The notes below the pieces were generated by a model. The model did no database searches, was not told the origin of the DNA, and saw only the letters and a program-made list of their open reading frames with translations. A stretch of DNA of 63,468 nt from a bacterium. GTDB lineage: Bacteria; Desulfobacterota; DSWW01. The first letter of the stretch is position 1. Every line of letters starts with the position of its first letter. Both the position numbers and the translations under genes were made by a program. The DNA lies in the NCBI GenBank assembly GCA_040756235.1, contig JBFLZG010000063.1, positions 1 through 63,468 on the forward strand, in the 5' to 3' direction. Below are positions 47,186 to 57,471 of this stretch, piece by piece.

Positions 47186-48592
47186 TCAGATTGCTTCCAG
47201 CAGGCGCGCATAGGCCGTAACGGTCTGCTCCACCGCCTCCGCGGTATGGGCGCTCGTCACGAAGCCCTTGCCCATGAGCGTCATGAGCCCCTCGTTGAGC
47301 AGAAAGGTCTGGTGCCCTCCGGCCACCTGCTTGCGCTCGAGGACCTCGAGGATGCCCTGTTCCGTGCGCGCGTCGATCGCGAACAGCGCCGAGGTCTCGA
47401 TGTGCAGGATCGATCCGTAGCGGTAGGCGAAGAAGGAGCTGCCCTCCCTTTCGAAGAGCCGGTTGAGCTTGTTCACGAGGTCTTCCGTCGTGGCCGCCGC
47501 CCGCCCGATCGCGTCCGTCGTCTCGATCTCGGAGAGCGTGAAGTAGACGGCGGCGCAGGTGAGCAGGTTGGCGCCGAAGGTGCCGGCCACGAAGCAGGAC
47601 GGGCCGGTTCCCGAGGGCACTCCGGAACGCAGCGCCTCCATGTACACGGCCTTGCCGCCCACGGCACCGCACGAGGGAAAGCACCCGCCGATGATCTTGC
47701 CCAGGACCGTGAGGTCCGGGTCCACGCCGAAAAGGGCCTGCGCCCCTCCCAGCCCGACGCGGAATCCCGTGACGACCTCATCGAAGATGAGCAGGATCCC
47801 CTTCGTCCGGGTCAACTCCCGCAGGTACCGGACGAACCCCGCGTCGATCGGTAGCGTTCCGGACTCCGGTCCCAGGGGCTCCAGGATCACGGCGGCCACG
47901 CCTCCGTCCCGCTCTCCCTGCTCGATCACCCGCGCCAGGCCGTCCAGATCGTTCAAGGGCGCCACCAGCGTGTTCTCGGTCGCGGACTCCGGGATGCCGC
48001 TCGCCAGGAGCCGGCCCGACCCGGGCAGCCAGAGGTCGAAGACGAGCTGATCGGACCACCCGTGGTAGGTCCCGGCGAACTTGATGATCTTCTTTTTTCC
48101 CGTGCAGGCCCTGGCCAGGCGGATGGCGGCCATGCACGCCTCGGTGCCTGACTGGAGGAACCGCACCTTCTCCACGGAAGGCATGTGCTCGATGATCTTG
48201 CGGCAAGCCAGGATCTCGTATTCGTCCGGAAGCCCGTGAAACCATCCCTTGTCTTCGATGAGAGCCGCCATCTTGCGCCGGAGGAAGTCCGGGTTGTGCC
48301 CCAAGAGGACCGGCCCCCCTCCGTTCAGGTAGTCCACGTACCGGTTCCCGTCCACGTCGGTCAGATGGCACCCCCGGCCGTGGTCCATGAAGATCGGATA
48401 AGGCGTGGTGGGCGAGAGCATGTGCTGGACGCCGCCCGGCATGATGGCGCGGGCCTCCTCGAACAGACGGCAGGACGCGGGCGTCTTCCGCCGGATCTCG
48501 GAAAGGACCCGGCTCATCGCTTCTTCGCGCACCGGCCGGGGCGGCCGGCTCGCCAGCTCCCGCATCCTCGACAGGATCTCGTCCGTCTTCAT
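47186..48592 (-). CDS. Class III PLP aminotransferase (glutamate-1-semialdehyde aminomutase-like)
   Basis: DVDGNRYVD, SGTEA, YHG, IFDEVVTGFR, PDLTVLGKIIGG. Confidence 0.9.
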   Translation of the reverse strand: MKTDEILSRMRELASRPPRPVREEAMSRVLSEIRRKTPASCRLFEEARAIMPGGVQHMLSPTTPYPIFMDHGRGCHLTDVDGNRYVDYLNGGGPVLLGHNPDFLRRKMAALIEDKGWFHGLPDEYEILACRKIIEHMPSVEKVRFLQSGTEACMAAIRLARACTGKKKIIKFAGTYHGWSDQLVFDLWLPGSGRLLASGIPESATENTLVAPLNDLDGLARVIEQGERDGGVAAVILEPLGPESGTLPIDAGFVRYLRELTRTKGILLIFDEVVTGFRVGLGGAQALFGVDPDLTVLGKIIGGCFPSCGAVGGKAVYMEALRSGVPSGTGPSCFVAGTFGANLLTCAAVYFTLSEIETTDAIGRAAATTEDLVNKLNRLFEREGSSFFAYRYGSILHIETSALFAIDARTEQGILEVLERKQVAGGHQTFLLNEGLMTLMGKGFVTSAHTAEAVEQTVTAYARLLEAI

Positions 48593-48726
48593 GGGGCACC
48601 TCGTCTGAATCCCGAGCGCAGCGAGGGACCTCCCTGCGCCCATCTGTGCTCGCACCGCGGGGGGGTTGTTACGTCGCAAGGTCTCCTCGCAAAATCAGCC
48701 TATTTGCTGCCGCTCGCCACGTCTCG

Positions 48727-48750
48727 GTAGGGGCGTATGGCATACGCCCC
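48727..48750. repeat. GTAG REP
   Basis: GTAGGGGCGTATGGCATACGCCCC hairpin. Confidence 0.7.
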
Positions 48751-48753
48751 GCC

Positions 48754-50445
48754 TCACGACATCAGGACGAAATGCGGCTGTTTCGCGGTCGCGACGTCGA
48801 CCACGGTCGGCCTGTCGCTCGAGAGGGCCGCCTCCAGGGCGGGCTCGAGCTCCGAGGGCTTGCGGACCTTGGCACCCGAGCATCCCATGGTCCGGGCGAT
48901 CGCGGCGAAGTCCGGCTCGTCGTACTCGGTCGCGATCCTTCGCCCCGGCGCCTGGAAGTCGAGCACGTTGCACAGCCCCGCGTTGTTCAGCACCACGTAC
49001 GTGACCGGGAGCCGGTACTGTCTGGCCGTCTCGAGGCAGTGCAGCATCATGAACATGCCGCCATCGCCGCAGACACATACGACCCTGCGGTCCGGACGTA
49101 CGAGCTGCGCACCCAGCGCGGCCGGAATCCCCCAGCCGACGCCGGCGGCCCCGCCGGGCGCCACGACCTGGCCCGCCGCCTTGGATTGGAAGAGCTTGGC
49201 TGCGAACATGCGGCTGTTGCCGCAGTCGAGCGTGACCAGGTCCTTGGGCCCGACCACCGCGTTCAGCGCGCCGATGATTCGCTCCGGGAGGACCGGGTCG
49301 GATTCCGAGCTGAACGATTCGCATGCGAAGAAGCGGGAGCTTGTCTTGAACCCCTCGAGCTCCCGCAACCTGGCCTCGCGCTCGATCCGCGGGGCCTTGT
49401 CCCGGATGGCGGCCAGGATGCTGGCGAGCGCGGACTTCGCGTCCGCCGTGATCCCCTGCGCCACCGGCCGGGCCCAGCCGATGTTCAGCGGCTCGGTATC
49501 GATCTGGATGATGGCCTGCCGGTCCGGGCGGATGAACTCGGGCGAGAGCATCTTGGTGTTCTCCGGCCCGAGACAGGTCCCCACGGCGAGCAGCAGGTCG
49601 GCTTCCATCACCCTGCGGTTGGCCGCCTCCTGCCCGATCTGGCCGATGATCCCGAGGGCCAGCTCGTGGGTCTCGGGGATCGCGCTCTTGCCCATGTAGG
49701 TCGTGGCCACCGGCAGGGCGATCGCCTCGGCCAGCTCCCGCACCTCGTCGTAGGCCCCGGATGCATGGACTCCCCTGCCCAAAATCATGACCGGTGCCCG
49801 GGCCTTGAGTAGCGCTTCGGCGGCCTTCTCCGCGTCCTCCCGCGAGATTGCGGGCGGCGAGACCCTGAGGTAGCCCTCGAGCGGATAGAGGCGCGGGTTG
49901 ATCCTGGCCGGGTCGACGTCGGACATAGCCACGTTCCAGCGGAAGAGGACCGCGGCCGGGCCGGGCCTGCCGGTCGTGGCGTGCTTCACCGCGAGGGCCG
50001 TGCCATGCACGAACTCGTCGGGCGTGTTGGCCACCGTCGTGTACTTCGTGATGGAGCGAAAGATGCCCGCGAGATCGCCCGACCCGTAATCGCCGCCCAT
50101 GCACTGGTAGGGCGCGTGCTGGTTCAGGCCCGCGTAGTCGGAGATGTCGGCGAAGATCAGCATGGGCGAGCCGGCAAGATAGGCCTCGATCACGCCGAAG
50201 GCGGCGTTCGAGCCCGCCCAGGCGCCCTGGGCGATGACCACGCCCGGCTTGCGGGTCAAGCGGCCGTACATGTCCGCCATGCAGGCGGCCGCTCCTTCCT
50301 GGCGGGCGAGCACGGTCCGGAGCTTGTCCTGGCGGTCCACCAGGGCGTCGTACAGGAATATGGCGGCCCCGCCCGGCATGCCGAACACGTGATCGATGCC
50401 GGCCTGGATCAGGATGTCGAGAACGAGTCCGGTTGTCTTGGACAT
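48754..50445 (-). CDS. Thiamine diphosphate-dependent enzyme (acetolactate synthase-like)
   Basis: FGMPGG, RQEGAAACMAD, GRPGP, CGDGG..VLNN. Confidence 0.9.
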   Translation of the reverse strand: MSKTTGLVLDILIQAGIDHVFGMPGGAAIFLYDALVDRQDKLRTVLARQEGAAACMADMYGRLTRKPGVVIAQGAWAGSNAAFGVIEAYLAGSPMLIFADISDYAGLNQHAPYQCMGGDYGSGDLAGIFRSITKYTTVANTPDEFVHGTALAVKHATTGRPGPAAVLFRWNVAMSDVDPARINPRLYPLEGYLRVSPPAISREDAEKAAEALLKARAPVMILGRGVHASGAYDEVRELAEAIALPVATTYMGKSAIPETHELALGIIGQIGQEAANRRVMEADLLLAVGTCLGPENTKMLSPEFIRPDRQAIIQIDTEPLNIGWARPVAQGITADAKSALASILAAIRDKAPRIEREARLRELEGFKTSSRFFACESFSSESDPVLPERIIGALNAVVGPKDLVTLDCGNSRMFAAKLFQSKAAGQVVAPGGAAGVGWGIPAALGAQLVRPDRRVVCVCGDGGMFMMLHCLETARQYRLPVTYVVLNNAGLCNVLDFQAPGRRIATEYDEPDFAAIARTMGCSGAKVRKPSELEPALEAALSSDRPTVVDVATAKQPHFVLMS

Positions 50446-50483
50446 GGTTCCTCTCCTTCGAGCTTGATCTGTTTCCGGGTGAT

Positions 50484-50882
50484 CGCGGGCGACGCATGCG
50501 TCGCCCCAACAAGACCCGCGGGCGCAGCAAGCAGCGCCCCTACAAGAGCCGGTCCGCTGATGGTCGTTCCGTCGCTCGCCTGCGAGATCACCTTAGCCGT
50601 GGTTGGTGGACACGCCTGCAGCTTAGTCCACCCTACCGAGTGCCCCGGGGCTCGCTCGCGACGTTCGGCCTGATAGCGAATATTGCGAGGCCGCGCCGGC
50701 GGCCGTGGCAACCCCCCTTGTTACCGGCGGATGGCGGGCGACGCATGCGTCGCCTTTACATTTCCGTCATTCCGGCGCAGGCCGGAATCCAGTCTGTGCA
50801 CCCCGGTCATTCATGGGGGCGACCGCCGGTCGTCCCTACTGGATCCCGGCTGTCACGCGCTTCGCACACGGGCCGAGATGAC
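50484..50882. repeat. Mosaic of at least four different palindromic repeat types
   Basis: GGGCGACGCATGCGTCGCC twice, GGGCGCAGCAAGCAGCGCCCCTAC, TGGTGGACAC..GTCCACCCTAC, GTCATTCCGGCGCAGGCCGGAATCCAG. Confidence 0.8.
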
Positions 50883-50953
50883 GAAATATGACAGGGCCGC
50901 TTTCGCGAAATGGACGCCCTCTGCTCACCACTGCTGCGCCCTTCTTTCTTCCG

Positions 50954-53131
50954 TCAGTAACAGGTCGGCACCTTGCGCCGCACCTCGGTGAACCGATTCA
51001 GCGCCTCCGCGACCTGCATCATCCGAACGAGGTCGCCCTCCAGGCGCAGGAGCCCTTCCGTGACCGCCTTCTCCACGCTCAGCTTGGCCGTGTTGATCTT
51101 CATGAAGGTCTCGTAGGACGCGACCGTCGTGAAGGAGGCGCTCCTGTCGCCCGCCTCGCCGGCGAGCCCCACCTCGGTCCGCATCAGCTTCCCCTGCTCG
51201 AAACGCCACCACAGATAGCGGGTCTTCCCGTCCGGGCAGGCTTCGACGACGTTGTTCACGTCCAGGGAGAGGTCTCCTGCAAGCCCGGCGAATTCCGGGT
51301 CCCGGTTGACGGCCTCCTGGCACAGTGCCTGCCACGGCTCGGAAAGATAAGGTACGGCCAGGACGTCCGCCTCTTCCTTCGCTCTGGCGCGCCGCTCTTC
51401 CGCGAGCCGGCTCCGCAGGCGGCGGGTCGCCTCCTCGTCTACCTTCCATGCGCTCCGGTCGATGACCACGCCGTAGTCACGCGCTGCCGCGGCCGGCGAA
51501 ACATACTCATCGAGCACGTCTTCGAGGACTGCGGCGGGATCGCGCTCCAGCGGGTCCCCCCAACCGCCTCCGCCCCCCAGCTCCGCCAGGGTGTGGTCCC
51601 CGGCCGAGAGCGGCTCTTCGAACGCGGTCTTGGCGACGACCATCTCGTTCGCCGTCCCGGCCCTCAGAACGAGCCGGTTGCGCGATCCGTCCGCCCCGCC
51701 GTGAAAGCCGCGCATGGGGTACTTCGTCCCGATCACGTAGGTGTGGACGAACATGGGCGCCACGGCCTGAAACCGGGTCGAGGTCCCCAACCCGCCCCGC
51801 CACTTGCCGGCACCGCCGGAGTCGGTCAAGTACTCCCGCCCCAGGGTCCGGACCGGGTAGTACATGTCGTGCAGCTCGCCCGTGGCCATGGTCATGGCCC
51901 CGAAGAAGCACGGCATGGCCCCCCAGCCGTCCACGCCGTGCGCCGCGTTGCACCAGCCGGCCGACATGGTCACGTTCTGGTCGACGTAGAACGCGCCGGA
52001 ATAGGGGTTCGTCCCGTACGTCACGATCGGCATTCCGAGCTTGATGTTCTGCACGTAGGACTTCTCGGGGATCGCCTTCTCGAGAGCGAATGCCAGGGCC
52101 TCGCCGACCTCTCCTCCGGCGTGGAGCGTGCAAGCCGTGCACGGCGCCGGCGGCCGCGGGTTCACGACCGTGCCGGCCGGCAGGATGACCTCGACCGGCC
52201 GGAAGAGCCCCTCGTTGCGCGGGATGGAGTCGTCGATCATGCTGGAGAGGGTCAAAAAGATGTAGGAGTAGGAATTCGGAAGAGAGCTGTTGATGAACCC
52301 CGGCGTCTGGGGATCGCTCCCGGTGTAATCGAGCCTCAGGGAGTCGCCCGAGACGGTGACCGTAACCCGCACCGTCACGTCTTCGACCCCCTGGCAGTCG
52401 TGCTCGAGATAAGCCTCCCCCGTGTAGCGGCCGTCCGGCCAGCGCCGGATCTCGTCCCGGAACCTCCGCTCCGTATAGTCGATGAGCGCATCCAGGCAGT
52501 CGCGCAGGGTGCGGACGCCGTAGCGCCCGATCATCTCCTGGAGGCGCTTCTCCCCCACGCGCACCGAGCCCAGCATCGCCTTGAGATCGCCCATGAAGGT
52601 GGGCTCGCGGTTGTTGATCTGAAGCATCCGGATGAGGTCCTCGCGGGGCTTTCCCCGGTCGTAGATCCGGATCGGGGGCAGGCGCAGGCCTTCCTGCCAG
52701 ATGTCGGTCGCCCCGGGGTGGTAGCCGCCCGGCACGGCGCCGCCGGTGTCGCCCTGGTGGGCCCGCGTGACCGGGAAGAAGACGAGCTCGCCGTCGTGGA
52801 AGATCGGGGTCATGAGGGTCCAGTCGGGCAGGTGGGAGCCGCCGTGGTAGGGATCGTTCACGAGAAAGATGTCTCCCGGGTGGAGATCGCCCGCGAACGC
52901 TTCGAGCACCGCCAGGACCGAGAACTTGCACGCTCCCATGTGGATCGGCAGCGCGTCGGCCAGGGCCACGATCCTGCCCCGGGCGTCGAAGATGGACGTG
53001 GAGAAATCATGGGATTCGCTGAAGGTGGGCGTCGTGGCCGTGCGGATCATCGTGTCGCCCATCTCGTTGGCGATCGTCACGAGGCCGCAGCGGATGACTT
53101 CTGCGGTGATCGGGTCGAATGCTGCTGGCAT
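50954..53131 (-). CDS. Hydantoinase B/5-oxoprolinase family subunit with C-terminal SCP2-like domain
   Basis: DFSTSIFD, NDPYHGGSHLPD, AHQGDTGG, DSGGAGKWRGG, GGGGWGDP; tail YLSEPW...AVTEGLLRLEGDL; GGAG RBS. Confidence 0.88.
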   Translation of the reverse strand: MPAAFDPITAEVIRCGLVTIANEMGDTMIRTATTPTFSESHDFSTSIFDARGRIVALADALPIHMGACKFSVLAVLEAFAGDLHPGDIFLVNDPYHGGSHLPDWTLMTPIFHDGELVFFPVTRAHQGDTGGAVPGGYHPGATDIWQEGLRLPPIRIYDRGKPREDLIRMLQINNREPTFMGDLKAMLGSVRVGEKRLQEMIGRYGVRTLRDCLDALIDYTERRFRDEIRRWPDGRYTGEAYLEHDCQGVEDVTVRVTVTVSGDSLRLDYTGSDPQTPGFINSSLPNSYSYIFLTLSSMIDDSIPRNEGLFRPVEVILPAGTVVNPRPPAPCTACTLHAGGEVGEALAFALEKAIPEKSYVQNIKLGMPIVTYGTNPYSGAFYVDQNVTMSAGWCNAAHGVDGWGAMPCFFGAMTMATGELHDMYYPVRTLGREYLTDSGGAGKWRGGLGTSTRFQAVAPMFVHTYVIGTKYPMRGFHGGADGSRNRLVLRAGTANEMVVAKTAFEEPLSAGDHTLAELGGGGGWGDPLERDPAAVLEDVLDEYVSPAAAARDYGVVIDRSAWKVDEEATRRLRSRLAEERRARAKEEADVLAVPYLSEPWQALCQEAVNRDPEFAGLAGDLSLDVNNVVEACPDGKTRYLWWRFEQGKLMRTEVGLAGEAGDRSASFTTVASYETFMKINTAKLSVEKAVTEGLLRLEGDLVRMMQVAEALNRFTEVRRKVPTCY

Positions 53132-53157
53132 GGCCACTCCCTTGGCAGGCAGGTTAT

Positions 53158-53309
53158 CAGGCCGTTGAAAAAGGCCCATCTGCTGCGTTGCGCTCGTTTA
53201 TCGTTCCCGGCTTTCGCCGGGACAGGCTCCCCACCCGCCGCCTGATTGTGGGGTAGCCTCGTTCCTCAAACTTCGCGCGCCTTGCATCTGGACCTTTTTG
53301 AACGGCCTG
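53158..53309. repeat. MITE-like element, copy 5 (opposite orientation)
   Basis: CAGGCCGTTGAAAAAGG...CCTTTTTGAACGGCCTG terminal inverted repeats; an extra end at 53321-53336. Confidence 0.85.
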
Positions 53310-53347
53310 GACATTGCTGACTTCTTCAACGGGCTGTTGTGGTCACA

Positions 53348-54010
53348 TCAAAGCTGCAAACCCAGGAGCTTTGCGACTCGCTCTGCTTCTTCCTCATGTG
53401 ATTCGGTCCACGGTTCGTATCCGATCACCTGGACGCCGAGGGCTCTCTTCTTCAGCTCCTTCTTGAGGGCGCCGATGAAATAGGAAGTCCCGTCCTCCAG
53501 GATCTCGAAGCCGATGTCCTTCGGATTCTTTCCCGTTTCCCCGGCGACTGCCATGAGACGGGTGAACTCAATCAGATTCGTCGTTCTCGTCACCCCGCAC
53601 GTAGGACTGTCATTGATCCCGACGACACCCAGTATCGTGAATCCCCCTGCAATGTAATCCGCCATTCGATCTGCGACCTTGACCGCTTCTCTCTTGCACA
53701 AACGTCCGTAAAGGGCGAGCCGGACCTTGGACAAGAGCTGGAAGAAAGGGTACCAACCGTGCTTGAGAGAGTGGGACAATATCGGAAAGTAAGGATCGAT
53801 GGTCTTTCTCGACACTCCGCCGAAGCCCATGCACTCGAGACAGGGAAGCTGCTGGATGCTGACCTCGTTGTCGAGCAAAATACGCACCAGCTCGGTCGAG
53901 GCTGCCTTGCGAAAGGCGACACCAGGCCCTCTCGAAAGCTGGTTCAACAGACAGTTGTTCAAGAATACCACGCGCTTTCCCCGCTCATCCGTGAAGTCTG
54001 ACAGTCTCAT
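53348..54010 (-). CDS. DUF523/TudS-related (2-thiouracil desulfurase-like) protein
   Basis: NCLLNQ, QLPCLE, GINDSPTCGV motifs. Confidence 0.7.
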   Translation of the reverse strand: MRLSDFTDERGKRVVFLNNCLLNQLSRGPGVAFRKAASTELVRILLDNEVSIQQLPCLECMGFGGVSRKTIDPYFPILSHSLKHGWYPFFQLLSKVRLALYGRLCKREAVKVADRMADYIAGGFTILGVVGINDSPTCGVTRTTNLIEFTRLMAVAGETGKNPKDIGFEILEDGTSYFIGALKKELKKRALGVQVIGYEPWTESHEEEAERVAKLLGLQL

Positions 54011-54028
54011 GGGAGCCTTTCCCTCGCT

Positions 54029-56152
54029 TCAGCGAAGCGGCTCGAGCTCAGCGCCTTTTCGTTCCGTAACCGGCACGGTGAGCTCGTACTGGTCGTACTT
54101 GGAAAGCCGCGCCGTCTGGCCCGGGTAGACCACGATCGTGGTCGCCGGCTCCTCGATGACGCACGGGCCTTCGAGAACATTTCCGCAGAGGATCCTGGCC
54201 CCGTCGTAGATCGGAGTTTCCACGAAACCTCCCCGGTCCTCGAAGTAGGCCGGCCGCTGCGTCTTCAGGGCGCCGGAAGGATTTTCTCCGGAGAAGGCCA
54301 GCTCGGGGAAAGCGGGCTTCCTCGTCTCCAGGACCGCCTCGAGCCGGAGGTTCATGAAGAAGACCGGGTCGCCCCGGTTGGAAAAGGTGTGCAGGACTTC
54401 GTGCGCATCGTGAAAGGCCTCGACCGCCCGGCCGACCTCGTCCGCTCCGACCCTGTCTCCTTCGGCCTCCAGGGGGACCGTGATCTCGTGCGTCTCGCCC
54501 TTGTAGTGCAGGTCCACGCCGTAGCGGTAGATCCGCTCCCCCAGAAGGCCGGAGCGCTTCCGCCGGCCGGCCGGGATGTCCCGCTCCACCTCCTCCCTCA
54601 TCGAGGCCAGGAGCTCGTTGGCCCGCTCGAGATCGACCGCATCGGAGCGGCCGATGAAGGTGCGCATCTTCGTCACCACGATGTCCGAGCGGAGCATGCC
54701 GAGTGCCGAGAAGGCCGTGGCCGTGCGCGGCACCACGACCTTCCCGATCCCCAGCTCCCGCGCCTGCATCCCGGCGTGAATGGCCCCGTTGCCTCCGAAC
54801 GCCACGAGCACGAAGTCCCGGGGGTCATAGCCGCGCTGCACGGACACCACGCGGATGCCGTTCGCCATGTTGTTGTTCACGATGCGGAAGATCCCGGTGG
54901 CGGCCTGGATGCGCTCGAGGCCCAGCGGCCGGGCCACGAAGCCGTCCACCGCGCGCTCGGCCGCCTTGCGGTCGAGTCGCATCCGGCCGCCCAGGAAGGC
55001 GTCCGGGTCGAGGAACCCGAGCAGCAGGTTCGCGTCCGTGACCGTGGGCTCCGTGCCTCCCCGGCCGTAGCAGGCCGGCCCCGGTACGGCGCCGGCGCTC
55101 CTGGGACCCACGTGCAGGGCCGCCCCCGTGTCGACCCACGCGACGCTTCCGCCGCCGGCGCCGATCGTGTGGATGTCGAGCATGGGGATGGCCACGCGGT
55201 AGCGGCTGATCCAGTTGTCCGTGGTCACCGCCGGGCTGCCGCCGCGGATGAGGGACACGTCGTAGCTGGTCCCGCCCATGTCGACGTTGATGAGGTTGGG
55301 CTCGCCGCACCGCTGCGCGACGAGCTGCGAACAGGCCACGACCCCGCCCGCCGGGCCGGACAGCAGAGAGTAAACCGAGTGCTTGCCCGCGAAGTCCGCG
55401 TTCATGATCCCGCCGTTGGAGAGCATGATGAAGAATTCGCTCGCGAACCCGGAGCGGGCCAGCTCTGCCTGGAGGCTCTCCAGGTAGCCCCTGAGCTTGG
55501 GGGACGTGAACGCGTTGACCAGCGTGGTGCTCACCCGTTCGAACTCGCGGATCTGCGGGAGCACCTCGTGGGCCAGGGAAACGGAAGCGCCGGGGTGCTC
55601 CTGCCGGATGACTTCCGCAATCTCCCGCTCGTGGACCGGGTTGAGGAAACCGAAGAAGAGGCAGACCGCGATCGATTCCACCCCCTGGGCCTTGAGCGCG
55701 CGCACGGCCCGAACCACCTCCGATCGGTCGAGGGGCTTCAGCACCTTTCCTTCACGATCGATCCGCTCGTCCACGGTGAGGCGGTGCCGGCGGCGGGCGA
55801 TCGGCACCGGGGCCGGATCCTTGGGGTTGAAGATCCGCTCCTTGTAACCGCGCCGGATCTCGATGTCGTCCCGGAATCCACGGGTCGTGATGAGGCCGGT
55901 GCGGGCGCCCGTGAGCTCGAGCATGGCGTTCGTGGCCACGGTCGTGCCGTGAATGATGAGATCGGTCTCGGACAGGAGCTCCCGCAGGCCGAGCCCCTCG
56001 AGCTGCGCGATCCTTTCCAGCCCCTGGATGACGCCCTTGGCCTGGTTCTCGGGCGTGGTCGGCGTCTTGACGACGCGGACCGCGCCTTCTTCCCCGATGT
56101 AGACCAGGTCCGTGAACGTGCCCCCGACGTCGATGCCGATCCGGTAGCCCAC
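54029..56152 (-). CDS. Hydantoinase A/5-oxoprolinase family ATP-binding subunit
   Basis: IGIDVGGTFTD, HGTTVATN, SGPAGG, DMGGTS, GAGGGS, PTVTDAN; GTG start after GGAGG. Confidence 0.92.
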   Translation of the reverse strand: MGYRIGIDVGGTFTDLVYIGEEGAVRVVKTPTTPENQAKGVIQGLERIAQLEGLGLRELLSETDLIIHGTTVATNAMLELTGARTGLITTRGFRDDIEIRRGYKERIFNPKDPAPVPIARRRHRLTVDERIDREGKVLKPLDRSEVVRAVRALKAQGVESIAVCLFFGFLNPVHEREIAEVIRQEHPGASVSLAHEVLPQIREFERVSTTLVNAFTSPKLRGYLESLQAELARSGFASEFFIMLSNGGIMNADFAGKHSVYSLLSGPAGGVVACSQLVAQRCGEPNLINVDMGGTSYDVSLIRGGSPAVTTDNWISRYRVAIPMLDIHTIGAGGGSVAWVDTGAALHVGPRSAGAVPGPACYGRGGTEPTVTDANLLLGFLDPDAFLGGRMRLDRKAAERAVDGFVARPLGLERIQAATGIFRIVNNNMANGIRVVSVQRGYDPRDFVLVAFGGNGAIHAGMQARELGIGKVVVPRTATAFSALGMLRSDIVVTKMRTFIGRSDAVDLERANELLASMREEVERDIPAGRRKRSGLLGERIYRYGVDLHYKGETHEITVPLEAEGDRVGADEVGRAVEAFHDAHEVLHTFSNRGDPVFFMNLRLEAVLETRKPAFPELAFSGENPSGALKTQRPAYFEDRGGFVETPIYDGARILCGNVLEGPCVIEEPATTIVVYPGQTARLSKYDQYELTVPVTERKGAELEPLR

Positions 56153-56205
56153 TCGTGACCCTCCTATGCGCGCCCTGCTCGGGAGAGCGCTGGCGAGCGG
56201 CTTCA

Positions 56206-56274
56206 AGCCGTGGTTGGTGGACACGCCTGCGGCTGAGTCCACCCTACCGGGTTCTCACGAGGCTCGCTCGCGAC
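56206..56274. repeat. Extended GTAGGGTGGAC REP copy
   Basis: Near-identical to about 50595-50662; related copies at 31235, 59012 and 63259. Confidence 0.7.
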
Positions 56275-56310
56275 ATCTGGCCGCTGCAGGCCTTTGGTTG
56301 CCACGGCCCC

Positions 56311-57471
56311 TTACCCGATCAGGCGCGAGCGCGAACGTATCTCCTCGGCGAGCGTGATGCCGCCGTCCACCGCGAGCCGCGCGAAGAACTCGCCCGTCGC
56401 CAGGCAGGCCTCCGGCGCCAGCACGCCCTTCCCGGCCACCTTCCCCTCCCCGAGCATCTGGACCCCGATCGAGAGGGACCTTGCGGTCGTGGTCACGACC
56501 TCGTTGGTCCCGCTGTACGTGACCTTGGTCCATTTCCCCTGCCTCTTGCCGATCGCCTCCACGCGGAAGACCGAGATCCCCTCGACGTTGCCCAGCCCCA
56601 GGGCGTCCGGGGAATTCTCCAGGACGTGCCGTATGTGGACCGCCGTGTAATCCCGCGGCGCAAGCTCCGTACCTTTGACTGTCAGTGAAGAATCGGAAAA
56701 GAGGCCGATGTCGCGCATCACGCGGACCAGCTCGTTCAGCTCCTGGGGGAACAGGCCCCCGCGGTTCGTCACCGTCTTCACGCCCGGGATGAAGCGCGAC
56801 AGCGTCACCGGCTCGGAATGGCCGATGTAGGAGATGGAAAGCTTTCCGACCGGATCCGGGAATTTCACTCCCTTCGCTCCGGAAAGGGCCGGCACCTGCT
56901 TCAGCTCGCCCTCGAGGAACTGAGGCACCGTGCCGGAGCAGATGTGGGCCAGGTGGTAGACCTCCGACGGACCCGTGGGGTCCGAGCCGCCCACGGCCCA
57001 GTACGTGTGGATCTCCTCGGTCTCGTCCAGCTGCTCGGAGCCCCGCTTGGCCAGCATGTTCGTGACCCCTGGGCTGGTGCCCAGGCACGTGATCAGGGTC
57101 ACCTGCGCCTGCCGGGCCCTGGCGTCGAGCCCGAGGACCGCCTCGGCCGCGTCGTAGTCGTCGCAGATGTCGCAGGCGTTCGCACCCGCTTCGATCGCCG
57201 CCTCGGCGATCCTCCTGGCGTAGCGGTAGTGAGGCCCGATGCAGTTCGCGATCAGCGCCCGGCCGTCGACGACCTTGCGCAGCGAAGCCGCATCGTTCAC
57301 GTCGAGCCTTTCCCAGCCGGCGCGCTCATCCGCGAGCGAGCGGGCGGCCAGCCGCGCCGCCTCCTCCCGAATGTCCGCAATCACCACCTGCTCCACCGCG
57401 CGGCTCCGCAGCAGGTCCCTGGCCACCGCCGTTCCCACGGCGCCGGCGCCTCCGAGGATCTTGACTCTCAT
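56311..57471 (-). CDS. Saccharopine dehydrogenase-like oxidoreductase
   Basis: LGGAGAVG Rossmann motif, NCIGPHY, DICDD, GTSPGVTN, HSEP, GVLAPE. Confidence 0.88.
   Translation of the reverse strand: MRVKILGGAGAVGTAVARDLLRSRAVEQVVIADIREEAARLAARSLADERAGWERLDVNDAASLRKVVDGRALIANCIGPHYRYARRIAEAAIEAGANACDICDDYDAAEAVLGLDARARQAQVTLITCLGTSPGVTNMLAKRGSEQLDETEEIHTYWAVGGSDPTGPSEVYHLAHICSGTVPQFLEGELKQVPALSGAKGVKFPDPVGKLSISYIGHSEPVTLSRFIPGVKTVTNRGGLFPQELNELVRVMRDIGLFSDSSLTVKGTELAPRDYTAVHIRHVLENSPDALGLGNVEGISVFRVEAIGKRQGKWTKVTYSGTNEVVTTTARSLSIGVQMLGEGKVAGKGVLAPEACLATGEFFARLAVDGGITLAEEIRSRSRLIG

Noticed and set aside
47186..48592. Calling the aminotransferase hemL
   Set aside because: Extended N-terminus and catabolic context suggest a paralogue; no heme genes nearby
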